This document shows, one piece after another, positions 21,282 to 31,735 of a stretch of DNA of 64,000 nucleotides; position 1 is the first letter of the stretch, and each line of letters starts with the position of its first letter. This DNA is from an uncultured Acidobacteriota bacterium (lineage in GTDB: Bacteria; Acidobacteriota; Thermoanaerobaculia; Multivoradales; JAHEKO01), in NCBI GenBank assembly GCA_963713825.1, contig CAVQNG010000003.1, forward strand, positions 960,001 to 1,024,000, read 5' to 3'. A model generated the notes under the pieces. It was not told the origin of the DNA and ran no database searches. It saw only the letters and a list, made by a program, of their open reading frames with translations. A program made the translations under genes and the position numbers.

Positions 21282-22283
21282 ATGCCGAAGCTCGCCCCGC
21301 TACCGACGCCAGGTGACCGACTCTCGATACCCGGGTTCACCATCGGGCATGGATCCGATTCCGAGGGCATGACCGGCGTGACGGTCCTTCTCTGTCCGGA
21401 AGGAGCTACTGCTGCCGCCGAGGTGCGGGGAACCGCGACCGGCACCCGACAGTTCGACTCCCTGATGCTCACCCACAGTCTGGCGAGCAGGGCCCACGCG
21501 GTGGTATTGGCGGGGGGCAGTGGTTTCGGCCTGTCGTGTGCCGACCTGGTCGTCGAGCATCTGGAGCGCGGCGGCTTTGGGTTCGACACCGGGCTCGGGG
21601 TGGTGCCGTTGGTACCGACCGCCATCCTCTTCGATTTGGGCTTCGGTGACCCGGCAGCCCGTCCGGGCTCCGATCTGGTGGAAGCGGCGCTGTTTTCTGC
21701 CGCTTCCGGGCTGATCACCTCGGGCAGCCTCGGGGCGGGGACGGGTGCCACCGTCGGCAAGGCTCTGGGGCCTGCCAGCGGCATGAAGGGAGGCTTCGGG
21801 TTCGTCAGCTTCAGCCTGCCGGATGGGCCGACCGTGGCCGCGGCTGTGGCTGTCAACGCTTTCGGGGATGTGCGCCACCCCGACACCGGGAAGTGGCTCG
21901 CTGGCTGTCGAAGGGCCCCTGATTCACTCGACCCGGCCGATGCTCGCCGGGTCATGATGTCGTTGCCGCCGACCCTGGGCCATGCCTGGGAGTCCAATAC
22001 GACGCTGGCCGTCGTGATGACCGACGCCGATCTCGACAAGGCGGCGCTGCGCAAGGTCTGTGAGATGGCCTTCGGTGGTTTCTACCGCTGCTTCGTTCCA
22101 GCGCTCTCCCTCTACGATGGCGACCTGGTGGTGACTCTCGCCACCGGGGATGTGCCGGCGCATCTCCATCAGGTCGGAACCCTGGCTGAAATGGCTGTGG
22201 CGCAGGCGATCGTACGCGCTATCGAGAAGGCTGACGGCTTCGACCTGCTGCCGACATGGAGCGATCTCGCTGGACCCGCATGA
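21282..22283 (+). CDS. P1/S58 family (DmpA-like) aminopeptidase
   Basis: TGVTV, LAGGSGFGL, GAGTGA, NTTLAVV, DGD. Confidence 0.88.
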   Translation: MPKLAPLPTPGDRLSIPGFTIGHGSDSEGMTGVTVLLCPEGATAAAEVRGTATGTRQFDSLMLTHSLASRAHAVVLAGGSGFGLSCADLVVEHLERGGFGFDTGLGVVPLVPTAILFDLGFGDPAARPGSDLVEAALFSAASGLITSGSLGAGTGATVGKALGPASGMKGGFGFVSFSLPDGPTVAAAVAVNAFGDVRHPDTGKWLAGCRRAPDSLDPADARRVMMSLPPTLGHAWESNTTLAVVMTDADLDKAALRKVCEMAFGGFYRCFVPALSLYDGDLVVTLATGDVPAHLHQVGTLAEMAVAQAIVRAIEKADGFDLLPTWSDLAGPA

Positions 22284-22347
22284 TTCATGCGGGCACCGTC
22301 CTACAGAACTTGACTCGACCATGACGAAGTCAAGCTATGGGAGATAC

Positions 22348-23064
22348 TCAGGGCTCCTCGCTCGTAATGTTGGATGACGCGGGTGCCATCACCAGGGAGA
22401 AACGGAAGGGAAAGCGCTTTCGCACCTCCGAGGTTTCCTGGGCATCAGCCAACTCCTGAATTCTGTCCAAGTGCCAAGCCTGGTCTGCTGACAGCTTTCC
22501 ATCGTAGAGCGCAACACGCCCAGCGCCGAGGAGCGGAAGCAGTAGTCGGGCGAGTAGGCGAGCCAGCAGCGACTGGCGTAGATCGACGACGAGCGCAGCC
22601 CGTCGGCAGACGCGGCGCATTTCGGCCAGGATTGTCGAATTTTCCGGCTCGTCAAAGTGGTGAAAGAAGAGGTTGGACAGGACCCAGTCAAGAGCTCCGG
22701 TGCGGAACGGCAACTGCTCTGCAGAGGCCACGACTCTCAGCTGGCGGTGACCGCGTTGGCGACCGATCACCAGATGGCAGAGCTTGAAGTCGACACCGAT
22801 GGTTTTGAGCTCGACCCCACCGCACCGACTGTCTCTGGCCAAGACGGCGGAGACCTGCCCGGAACCAGTGCCGATATCCAGCAGCACCTGCCCTCGCCCG
22901 TCAGGAACAAGGCGCTGTTTCAGTGCACGGCGGGCCGCCAGCAGTCCCAGCGTCCATCGATTGATCCGCTCGAGATCGGCGAGCGCTCGCTCCGTCTCGG
23001 CGAAGGAGAGCGTTGGAGAGTCCATGAGCTCGGGAGTACGCCGTGGATGGTTGAGAGCGGTCAT
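22348..23064 (-). CDS. Class I SAM-dependent methyltransferase
   Basis: RTPELMD N-terminus, LDIGTGSG, SNLFFHHF. Confidence 0.88.
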   Translation of the reverse strand: MTALNHPRRTPELMDSPTLSFAETERALADLERINRWTLGLLAARRALKQRLVPDGRGQVLLDIGTGSGQVSAVLARDSRCGGVELKTIGVDFKLCHLVIGRQRGHRQLRVVASAEQLPFRTGALDWVLSNLFFHHFDEPENSTILAEMRRVCRRAALVVDLRQSLLARLLARLLLPLLGAGRVALYDGKLSADQAWHLDRIQELADAQETSEVRKRFPFRFSLVMAPASSNITSEEP

Positions 23065-23145
23065 GAGAAGCTGGTCGGTGCCGATTGTGTCAGAGCCGAT
23101 TGAGGAACTGGGGTAGACAGCATACGATCGGCCCGTCTGAGAACG

Positions 23146-24858
23146 ATGAAGCGATCTTCGTCTCGCGTCGAGACTCTCCGTGGACTGGTGCCAGCAGCGG
23201 TCGCCGCGACCCTGCTTCTGGCCGCGCCGTTGTGGGAGCGCTGGCTGCCGGCCCCAGAGTCGACGGCTCGCTGGCCATACCTGGTGCTATGCATGGTCGC
23301 CGTCGCGGCTAGCCTGCACGGATCGAGGCAGCGCTGGACCCTCAACCTGGGGACGATGGCCCTACCCGTGACGGTGGGTTTGTTTGGCAGTGCGTTGGCC
23401 GCGTGGCTGGTGGTGATTGCCTACATCTCGAGGGAAGTGCTGCTACGCCTGTTGCCTTCGAGGCCGGCCCGCCCGGCCCGAACAGGGCTGTCGATGGAGT
23501 CGGTGGGTGGTGGCGGCCGACTCGTACTGGCAACCCTTGCTGCGGGTTGGGTCTGGCAGGGCGGCAGAGCCAACGAGAACCTGGGCTGGCAGCTGCTGGC
23601 GGTTGCCACCTATCTCGTGGTCTTCTTGGCGCTGCAATTGCTAGACCTCCAATGGGCGCGGCGACTGGCGGGACTGCGATGGGTGGAGCTGGCCGGGGCG
23701 GCGAGTCTCGACTGCGTCGGCTGGCTGGTGGGTATGGCCTTCGTCCCGGTGGTGGCGACCCTGGGCTGGCCCGTGGCTCTCGTGCCGCTTCTGGCCCTGG
23801 GCCTGCTGGCAGCCGAGACGGCGAGGAACCTCCACCTGCGCCGGCGGGCGGTCGATCAGGTCTCGGAGCTCTGGGAGGTGACGCGAGCCGGCCACCGAAT
23901 CATCTTTCGCAGCCCCGATTTGGCCGGCATGGTCGGCCAGGTCCTGGAGGAGTGTCGCAACGTGGTGCCGTTCTCCTGGTTCCAATTCGAGCTGCTGCAA
24001 GGAGACGGTGGCCCCAGGAGCTGGTTCGCGGGGCCCGATGATCAAATCGAGGAGGGTCTTCCCGAGCCGGCCGATAGCCCACCCGCGATGCCCGGCATCC
24101 ACCGGCGCTCGTCGTGGAAGATCCTCGGCCGCGAGTTGAAGGGTGATGGAGAGACGATCGCGCGGGTGCGGTTCTGGTGCGACCCGCGGCGCCTCGAACC
24201 CACCTCGGTGGAGCTGTTGGACTCCCTGTTGCCACAGGTCGCCTCCTCGGTCCATCGAGCCCTGCTCGATCGACGTGCCAAGCATGACTCACTGACGGGC
24301 CTGGCCGATCGAGGGGTTCTGGAGGCCCGGCTCGAAGCCGTGTTCTCGGCGATCCGCGACGAAGGCGGCACGATGGCGGTCATCATGTGCGACCTGGATC
24401 GATTCAAGAAGGTCAACGACACCTACGGGCACGACGTCGGTGACCGGGCGCTGCTACGAATCGCGGAAGTGCTCGAGAAGCACCGCCGCGAGACCGACCT
24501 CTGCTGCCGATATGGCGGCGAAGAGTTTGCAGTGGTCCTGGATCAGACCAATGGAGAGACGGCGCAACGGGTGGCGGAACGACTTCGCCTGGAAGTACAG
24601 CGTACGGTGTTCACTGCGAAGGACGAGAGGGTTCATCTTCGCCTGAGCGCCGGCATCGCGGCCTACCCTGAGCTGTTCGTCAAGGACGGCAAGGAGTTGC
24701 TCGTCCTGGCCGACGAAGCCCTGAGGATGGCCAAGAGCCAGGGGCGCAACCGCAGCCTGTTGCACCTGGGTCGCGGCAAGTACCGCAAATCCGATGGCAC
24801 GGTGTTGGAAGCGGACAAGCCGCCGGCGGAGCCGAAAGCCCCAACGCTGTTCGCCTGA
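23146..24858 (+). CDS. Membrane-bound diguanylate cyclase (GGDEF)
   Basis: Multi-TM N-terminus, DSLTGL, DLDRFKKVND, RETD I-site, GGEEF. Confidence 0.92.
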   Translation: MKRSSSRVETLRGLVPAAVAATLLLAAPLWERWLPAPESTARWPYLVLCMVAVAASLHGSRQRWTLNLGTMALPVTVGLFGSALAAWLVVIAYISREVLLRLLPSRPARPARTGLSMESVGGGGRLVLATLAAGWVWQGGRANENLGWQLLAVATYLVVFLALQLLDLQWARRLAGLRWVELAGAASLDCVGWLVGMAFVPVVATLGWPVALVPLLALGLLAAETARNLHLRRRAVDQVSELWEVTRAGHRIIFRSPDLAGMVGQVLEECRNVVPFSWFQFELLQGDGGPRSWFAGPDDQIEEGLPEPADSPPAMPGIHRRSSWKILGRELKGDGETIARVRFWCDPRRLEPTSVELLDSLLPQVASSVHRALLDRRAKHDSLTGLADRGVLEARLEAVFSAIRDEGGTMAVIMCDLDRFKKVNDTYGHDVGDRALLRIAEVLEKHRRETDLCCRYGGEEFAVVLDQTNGETAQRVAERLRLEVQRTVFTAKDERVHLRLSAGIAAYPELFVKDGKELLVLADEALRMAKSQGRNRSLLHLGRGKYRKSDGTVLEADKPPAEPKAPTLFA

Positions 24859-24860
24859 GC

Positions 24861-26309
24861 TCAGGGTCGCCAGAAGGCACGACTGAACAGGGCGACGATC
24901 GAGTAGATCTCGAGCCTCCCCATCCACATCAGCAGGACCATCAGGGCCTTGTCCCAACCACTGAAGAAGGCGAAGTTCTGGGTTGGTCCGACCATGGCGA
25001 GCCCCGGGCCGATATTGCCCAGTGTGGCAGCGGACGCGGTGGCGCTGGTTACAAGATCAGGACCCGAGATGCTCAGCAACAAAGTGCCGAGACCCCAGAT
25101 ACTCAGGTAGAGGATAAAGAAACCCGCCACGCTGCGAACGATGGCGTCGGGCACCGACTTGCCACCCACGAAGACCGCCAGCATCGTGTTGGGACTGAAG
25201 ATCAGGCGCGCCTCACGGAACGCCGAGCGCAAGCCGATCAGCATGCGCATCACCTTCATCGAGCCTCCCGTCGAGCCAGCGCAGCCACCGACGAACATGA
25301 GACCGACGATCAGCATGCGCGACAGCACGGGCCAGGTGTCGAAATCGGCGGTGGCGAAACCGGTGGTCGTCATGATGGAGACGGTTTGGAAGGCGGAATC
25401 CAGGGCGGCCCGCGGCCCGTTCTCGTAGGCGCCCCTGCGCAGCAGGTCGAAAGTGATGACCGCTGCGATACCGAGCATGACGTTCAGATAGAGACGGAAC
25501 TCGGGATCTCGATAGAGATTCCAGCCGCGGCGCTTCCTGAGGCCGTAAAAAAGGGAAAAATTCGTGCCGGCCAGGACCATGAAGATGATGATGACGATCT
25601 CCACCAGTGGTGACTGGAACGCGGCCACCGATGCGTTGCGTGGCGAGAACCCGCCAGTGGACATCGTGGAGAAGGTGTGGGTCAGGGCGTCGTACAGGTT
25701 CATGCCGCAAGCCATCAGCAGGACCGTCTCGGCACCGGACAGCAGCAGGTAGATCTTCCAGAGAACCCCCGCGGTGTGGGTAATTCGAGACCCGAGTGCC
25801 TCGGAAGTCGGGCCGGGCACCTCGAGTTTGTAGAGGAAGCGAGCGCCGGGGCCCAACTCCGGGAGAAGCGCCACGAACAGGACGATGATCCCCATGCCGC
25901 CCAGCCATTGGGTGAAGCTGCGCCAGAACAGGATGCCGAGGGCGTGACCCTCGATCGCGGTCATCACCGAGGCGCCGGTTGTCGTGAAACCGGAGGCCGA
26001 CTCGAACAGCGCGTCGATCGGACTCAAGAACGTGCCAGCGAGCAGATAAGGGATCGCCCCGAAGAGCGAGGCCAACACCCAGCCGCCCACCACGACGAGA
26101 ATTCCCTCCCGGCGGTAGCTCTCGCCCTTTTCGCCGCCGATGCCGACCATGATGCCGCCCGCGATGGCGGTGATCAGGCTGGACACCAGGAAGGCGATGA
26201 CCACCTTCCACTCACCGTAGAAGGCGGAGCAGAGCGCCGGGGCCAGGTTCATGGCCGCCAGCAGCAAGACAAGTCTGCCGAGGAAGCGAAGTGGAACGCG
26301 AAAATTCAC
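24861..26309 (-). CDS. trkH: Trk potassium uptake membrane protein
   Basis: SGFTTTGA, QWLGGMG, STGGF, TTTGF, GSTGG, GNIGPG. Confidence 0.95.
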   Translation of the reverse strand: MNFRVPLRFLGRLVLLLAAMNLAPALCSAFYGEWKVVIAFLVSSLITAIAGGIMVGIGGEKGESYRREGILVVVGGWVLASLFGAIPYLLAGTFLSPIDALFESASGFTTTGASVMTAIEGHALGILFWRSFTQWLGGMGIIVLFVALLPELGPGARFLYKLEVPGPTSEALGSRITHTAGVLWKIYLLLSGAETVLLMACGMNLYDALTHTFSTMSTGGFSPRNASVAAFQSPLVEIVIIIFMVLAGTNFSLFYGLRKRRGWNLYRDPEFRLYLNVMLGIAAVITFDLLRRGAYENGPRAALDSAFQTVSIMTTTGFATADFDTWPVLSRMLIVGLMFVGGCAGSTGGSMKVMRMLIGLRSAFREARLIFSPNTMLAVFVGGKSVPDAIVRSVAGFFILYLSIWGLGTLLLSISGPDLVTSATASAATLGNIGPGLAMVGPTQNFAFFSGWDKALMVLLMWMGRLEIYSIVALFSRAFWRP

Positions 26310-26319
26310 CGGAGCAATC

Positions 26320-27678
26320 TCACGACCGTTCGCGGCCCGGGAACAGCAGGCGGACAGTATCCAGCTCGGATTCGTGGACGAAGAGGATCACCAGATCCCC
26401 GGCCTCCAGCCGGTCGTTGCCGCGCGGCACGAAGACATCGTCACCCCGCATAACAGCACCCACGATCATGCCGCGCGGTGGGCTCATCTCGGCGAGGGTG
26501 ACGCCGGAGGCGGGGCTCGCCTCGGCCAACTTGCGCTCCAAGACCTGGGCAGCACCCTTGTGCAGAGACACGATGTTGGCGCTGTATCCACTTTCGATGT
26601 ACTCCTCGATCCGCTCCCGGGCCAGCGTCCGAGGACTGAAGACCTCCTGCATTCCGAGTCGTCTCCAGAGCTGCGTCGTCTCCGACCGGTGCACCATCGC
26701 CAGGACCTGTTCGACGCCGAGCTCCTGGGCCAACAAGCAGGCCATCAGATTGCTCTCGTCGTTGGCCGTGAGGCCGACGAAGCTCTTGGCAAGGCCGATT
26801 CGCTCGGCCTTGAGCAAGGCCAGATCGGTGGCGTCGCCGTGAATGATCTCGAATTGGGGAAACTCGGCGGCGAGTCGCTGAGCGACACTCTTCTCGATCT
26901 CGATGATCTTGACGGGAATCTCCAAAGGGGCGAGGGCCCTGGCGACGGAGCTGCCGGTTTCGCCACCGCCCGCGATGACGACCTTGCCGATCACCTTTCG
27001 ATGATTGCTGACGGCCAGTTCGGCTTGCTCGATGACATCCGAAGTGCCGAGAATCAGCGCGTCATCGCCCTCCTGCGCCTGATCGTCCCCACCGGGAATG
27101 ATGAGATCGTCGCCACGATAGAACGCAGCGACCAGGGAGTTCCTGGGGAGCACTACATCCCGCAATGGTTGTTTGACCAGCGGCGAGTCGGCGTCGAGGT
27201 GGATCTTGCGAAGCTGGACCTTGCCGGCCGCCAGATACTCGACCGCCATGGTGGCATGACCGTGAATCTCGTTGAGGACGCGCGTTGTGGTCAGGAGCTG
27301 GGTGGAAAGCAGAAGGTCGACCGCGAATACCTGCTCCAGGAGCCGACGGTAGGTGATGACCTCTTCGGCTACCGCTACCCGCACAACGGTCCGTTGAGCT
27401 CCGAGAGCCTTGGCGAGATTCGCTGCCGCCAGATTGGACTCATCGGACGAAGAGACCGCCATGAAGAGCTCACACCCCTCCACCCCGGCAGCAGCCAGAA
27501 CGGGCGGGTGAGCCCCGTTGCCGCCAACCACTCGTACATCCAACTCCTCGTCGATGCGTTCCTGGCGGGCAGGGTCGAGCTCGATGACGGTGACATCTTC
27601 ACCCTGCTGGGAAAGGGTCTGGGCCAGGTGGTAGCCCACCTCGCCAGCCCCCATGACCACGTAGTGTTTTCGTTGCAT
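26320..27678 (-). CDS. trkA: Trk potassium uptake NAD-binding subunit
   Basis: Two RCK (TrkA-N/C) repeats; GAGEVG and GGGETG. Confidence 0.95.
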   Translation of the reverse strand: MQRKHYVVMGAGEVGYHLAQTLSQQGEDVTVIELDPARQERIDEELDVRVVGGNGAHPPVLAAAGVEGCELFMAVSSSDESNLAAANLAKALGAQRTVVRVAVAEEVITYRRLLEQVFAVDLLLSTQLLTTTRVLNEIHGHATMAVEYLAAGKVQLRKIHLDADSPLVKQPLRDVVLPRNSLVAAFYRGDDLIIPGGDDQAQEGDDALILGTSDVIEQAELAVSNHRKVIGKVVIAGGGETGSSVARALAPLEIPVKIIEIEKSVAQRLAAEFPQFEIIHGDATDLALLKAERIGLAKSFVGLTANDESNLMACLLAQELGVEQVLAMVHRSETTQLWRRLGMQEVFSPRTLARERIEEYIESGYSANIVSLHKGAAQVLERKLAEASPASGVTLAEMSPPRGMIVGAVMRGDDVFVPRGNDRLEAGDLVILFVHESELDTVRLLFPGRERS

Positions 27679-27889
27679 GGTTTTTCAGTGACCCTGGGAT
27701 CGCACACCCATCGTACCTGTGGGATTGTAGCCCGAAAAACAACCAGCAAAGCGGGTTCGGACCCTCTCAATCCGGGCCCCGTGGCTGCTGCGAGGGGCGC
27801 CGATACGACGGGTTGCAGCCGGACCTTGTGCTAACGTCTGTCTGCCGGAATCGGGCGCCATTGCCTGAATTCCGCGAGAGGAGAGATCG

Positions 27890-28426
27890 ATGCTGAGAGC
27901 CATCGTTATCTGCGCGGTGATCTGCCTGATGGTAGCCGTCAACGTTGCAGCGCAGGATGTGGACATCCGCGCCAAAGACGGAGTGAGCTTCTCCAAGTAC
28001 GCGACCTATGCATGGGCTCCGCACCTCGACGTAGAGGGCGATCATCCGGTGGCCGACGGCTCTCCTCTCGACTTGACGATCAAGAAAGCGGCAGACGCCG
28101 AGCTCGAGCGCAAGGGTTACGAGCTGGTCGAACGGGAGCAGTCGCCCGACTTGATGATCAACTACGTCGGCTTCGGCACCGACATGACGAGCATCGAAGG
28201 GGTCACGAAGGAGCTGGCGCCGGGGGTCAAGTGGATCGGCGACCCTCAGGCCCATTCGATGCGCTCCTATCGGGAAGGAACCTTGGTCTTCGAAGTCGTC
28301 GACACCGCTACCGAGGAGATGGTTTGGAGCGGTTGGGTGACCGAGCTGGCTCGCACCTTCGAGAAGCTCCGGGCGAAGGCCTCCAAAGCCACGCGCCGGG
28401 TGTTCACTCACTTCCCAGAAGAGTGA
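27890..28426 (+). CDS. DUF4136 domain exported protein
   Basis: Signal peptide, FSKYATYAW, EGTLVFEVVD..MVWSG. Confidence 0.85.
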   Translation: MLRAIVICAVICLMVAVNVAAQDVDIRAKDGVSFSKYATYAWAPHLDVEGDHPVADGSPLDLTIKKAADAELERKGYELVEREQSPDLMINYVGFGTDMTSIEGVTKELAPGVKWIGDPQAHSMRSYREGTLVFEVVDTATEEMVWSGWVTELARTFEKLRAKASKATRRVFTHFPEE

Positions 28427-28449
28427 AGTTCGCAAGGCTAGGAATCGAG

Positions 28450-29170
28450 ATGTTGGGCTATCGCTTCTTGCACCGGTACTCCCAGGGAGACCGCAACGTT
28501 ACGCTGCTCATTTCCCTGGTCGTCTTGTTCGTTCTCTATCCGGTGATCGTTGGAGTTCGGAGCGGTCCGCTTCTACAGGCTGATCTTTGTCGGTGAGCTG
28601 ATCCTGGCTTCGCTCAACCTGGGAACGACCAGAGGCACAGGCGGGAGGGCGTGGATGCTGGGTGGTCCTGCGATCATCCTCCAGATCGTGGCCTTCTCTT
28701 CGCCTTCTCGTCTCAGCTTGCTGGTGGCGGCAATCTCGACTCAGCTCTTCCTGATCTTCGTGATCGTGGTCGTCTATCGAACGGTGCTGGCGCCGGGCAG
28801 TGTAGCTGTCGACAAGTTGGCGGCCGCAGTCAACGTCTATTTTCTGCTGGGTCTAGCCTGGGCGATCGCCTACGGGCTGATCGCTACCTTCGACCACGGT
28901 GCCTTCAGCGCTGCGACGCTCGATTTTCAGACGCTCGAGGAGTACGTCGACTACGGTGCCGAGTTCGTCTTTGTCTACTTCAGCTTCGTGACGTTGACGA
29001 CCCTCGGCTACGGTGACATCTTGCCGGTAGTACCTGCGGCTCAGACGGCGGCCTGGATGGAGGCTGTGGTGGGGCAGCTCTTCGTTGCAGTAACCCTCGC
29101 CCGCCTGGTGGGGATGTTTGGCAGGGACGACAGTTACCGCTTGCCCAGCGGTGAGAATGATCCAGACTAG
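28450..29170 (+). CDS. Potassium channel family protein (frameshift near 28550)
   Basis: YFSFVTLTTLGYGD selectivity filter; the N-terminal TM starts at ATG 28450 in another frame. Confidence 0.85.
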
Positions 29171-29691
29171 TTGGGCGCGGTAGGGAAGTTCTCGAACATC
29201 TTTCTGACGGCTTTGTCGATCTGCTTGCGTGCGGTTTTCGGACTGTCGCTTAGGGTTCTGGTGGCGGTGCCGCGCCAGATGTTCAGCCGGCTGTTGCCGT
29301 CCAGCAGGTCCACAACGAGGGTCCCAACCTCGATCTCGCGAAGGGTATCTCCGGAGACCCCGCCCGGCTCGGAATCGCCAGGCCAACGTTGCTGCACGCC
29401 GAGGATGTCCACGTCTTCGCGCATCTCGCTGGCTTGCCGAGCGTACGTCAAGACCAGGAGATCGGCATCGCCGTCGACTCGGGTAAGACCCTTGGCCAGA
29501 AGCTCCCTCTGGATCGCGTTCCGGATCATCGTCTCGGTGCCAGGGTCGGGTGCCGGAGTGCCCTGTCTCCAGGCGAAGGTCTTGAACTGCGTGAAGTCGA
29601 CCGTCTTGGCCACTTGTACTGCCACCGAAGCCTGTAGATGGGCCGCCATCAGCATGAGCATCAGCGCGACGAGACACTTGGCGAATTTCAT
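29167..29691 (-). CDS. DUF4136 domain exported protein
   Basis: DFTQFKTFAW, GTLVVDLLD..IWRG, MFENFP. Confidence 0.85.
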   Translation of the reverse strand: MKFAKCLVALMLMLMAAHLQASVAVQVAKTVDFTQFKTFAWRQGTPAPDPGTETMIRNAIQRELLAKGLTRVDGDADLLVLTYARQASEMREDVDILGVQQRWPGDSEPGGVSGDTLREIEVGTLVVDLLDGNSRLNIWRGTATRTLSDSPKTARKQIDKAVRKMFENFPTAPN

Positions 29692-29692
29692 A

Positions 29693-31618
29693 TCACTCTC
29701 CCGATTCCAGTCCTGGAGCATCGCATATCTCTAGAATCCTATCGCGCCGGAAGAGCAGCCCGTCGATCTGCTGCGTCGAAAGCAGGGTGCCGACAGCCTC
29801 ATCGAGCTGCCGCCGGCTCAGCGACTTGAGGCCCATTTCGAGCTCGGGGTCCAGAGGTCCGCAAGGACTCGGCAGGTCCGAGCCCGGCTCAGCTGAAGTC
29901 GGGAATGCCTTGGTGCTGTCGGCCATGGCCAGACGTCGGTCCTGGGGCAAGAACATCCAGCCGGCGTTGTGGCGCTCCTCTACGGACATCAGCGCGCTGA
30001 AGATCCCTGCCGCGTCGATCTCTTCTTCCAGCCCGTCCAGGAGATGCATCTGGCCGTAGGTCTCGAGGAGAGTGAGATCAACGGCACCCTCAGGGAAGAC
30101 CTGCATCGAGCCTGGAACGCCTTCGATGCTGCGCTCGACGGTGACGGGTACCAGATCGAGACCCAGAAGGCGGTCGAGACGATAGGCGGCGATCTCGTGA
30201 CGGTAGGTGCGGAAGGCCGCTCCCGCAGGCTGTCCGGGGTCTGGCGCCTCGTCGATCTTCAAGAAGACGGCTCGCAACTCGGGACCCTCGCCCTCCAGAT
30301 CGCAGACGTCCGCTGAGCGGTCGAGCTTGCGGACAACGGTGCAGGCTACGACTTCGGCTTGCCGCAGGAAGGTCTCCAACTGGGCGTCCGTCAGCTGCTC
30401 GCTGAACCTGGACCACCCCTCTCCCTGAGGTAACTCGACGATTGGTGGAGCCGACGCTGCGATCGTCGGGTCGAAGACCTCGAAGTCGTCTGCCTTGATG
30501 ACCAACGCCAGCGGCTCCCGGCCATAGGCCATCCCCACATCGGCTCGGAAGATCTGACCTTTGAAGCGCGAGGTGATGCGACCTGAGCCGGTAGGGGTGT
30601 GAGCCACGACGACGGCACGAGCACCGAGCGCCGTCAGGGATCGGTCGAGGCTGGCTCTCTCGACCCTTTCGTTTTCCAGCGAATTGCCGCGATACCACAG
30701 GGGTCCTGTGGGGCTGAAGGCGAGAGACCCATAGAGTCGCCGGAGGTTTCTCGCCGCTTCGGTCCTGGCATCCCTGCCCCCTTTCTCGACCAGTGCCAGC
30801 GCTGCGCCGTAGACCCCCTTGAAGTCCGCGGGCCCGGCTACCGCCCCTTCCAGTACGTCCATGTTGGCGACGAACTCGACGATGCCGTCGGCAACCTGCT
30901 GGTTGATTGCCTCGAGTCCCAGACCAGCGACGTTGTCGGTCAGCCCGCCGTGCAAGAAAACCACATTGTTGATCTTGATGATGGTTGGATGTTGGAGAAT
31001 CCAGGAGCCGTACTCGCCCTCGGGTGCGAAGGCCCGAATCCGCGCCAGATAGCCTGGTGGATAGCGCTGGTCGAAAGCAGCTTTGACCTCCCCGAGAGGT
31101 ACCGTTGGCGATGCCATCCCGGTTCGGAAGCGCTGCCAGGCTTTCGTCCGGTCCTTCTTCTTCTCGGCCGCAGCGAAGACCCGAAAGCCCTCCTCCGGCA
31201 CGTATCTGAGGTCGCGGACGAGATTCATGACCTCGTGGTTGCCCAGCAGGACGTGAACTCGCCCGCCTGCGGAAGGGGCTTCTTCTTCGAGCCGCCTGAC
31301 GAGATCCAGGACAGGTAGTTCCTGCGGCCCACGGTCGATCAGGTCTCCAATCAGGACCAAATGAGCCGATTCACCGCTCCAGGCCAGAGCCTCGTCGACG
31401 ATGCCGGTTCCCTTCAATAGAGAGACCAGCTTGTCGTAGGAGCCGTGAACGTCGCCGATGGCGACGATGCGGGACACACCGGTCCATTCGTACTGCGGGG
31501 ACTCACCGGTAGCCCACAAGCTCGATCCTGCGAAGAGACCGAGGAGACAGCACAGCAGGTGGCGCCGCATCCATTCGGTCACAGGGCCAGCCCACAGGCG
31601 GCCCGTTGGCAATCGCAT
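29693..31618 (-). CDS. Exported Shewanella-like metallophosphoesterase fused to an atypical (PI3/4-kinase/Fam20-like) kinase-fold domain
   Basis: GDVHG, GDLIDRG, GNHE, HGG, AHT and RADVG; C-terminal EIAAYRLDRLLGLDLVPVTVER..GSMQ. Confidence 0.82.
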   Translation of the reverse strand: MRLPTGRLWAGPVTEWMRRHLLCCLLGLFAGSSLWATGESPQYEWTGVSRIVAIGDVHGSYDKLVSLLKGTGIVDEALAWSGESAHLVLIGDLIDRGPQELPVLDLVRRLEEEAPSAGGRVHVLLGNHEVMNLVRDLRYVPEEGFRVFAAAEKKKDRTKAWQRFRTGMASPTVPLGEVKAAFDQRYPPGYLARIRAFAPEGEYGSWILQHPTIIKINNVVFLHGGLTDNVAGLGLEAINQQVADGIVEFVANMDVLEGAVAGPADFKGVYGAALALVEKGGRDARTEAARNLRRLYGSLAFSPTGPLWYRGNSLENERVERASLDRSLTALGARAVVVAHTPTGSGRITSRFKGQIFRADVGMAYGREPLALVIKADDFEVFDPTIAASAPPIVELPQGEGWSRFSEQLTDAQLETFLRQAEVVACTVVRKLDRSADVCDLEGEGPELRAVFLKIDEAPDPGQPAGAAFRTYRHEIAAYRLDRLLGLDLVPVTVERSIEGVPGSMQVFPEGAVDLTLLETYGQMHLLDGLEEEIDAAGIFSALMSVEERHNAGWMFLPQDRRLAMADSTKAFPTSAEPGSDLPSPCGPLDPELEMGLKSLSRRQLDEAVGTLLSTQQIDGLLFRRDRILEICDAPGLESGE

Positions 31619-31735
31619 AGAGTCTCCTTGCTCTTGGATGAGATTCTAACCAGCGCGCTCTCCGCCCGACAAACGCAACCGGGTTGGCGCTGCTCTCGCT
31701 TGGGCGAGAACGCTCATGACAGGTAACATAGCGCC

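Noticed and set aside
26251-27834. 527-aa plus-strand ORF
   Set aside because: Antisense shadow of trkA, typical of high-GC codon bias; no motifs.
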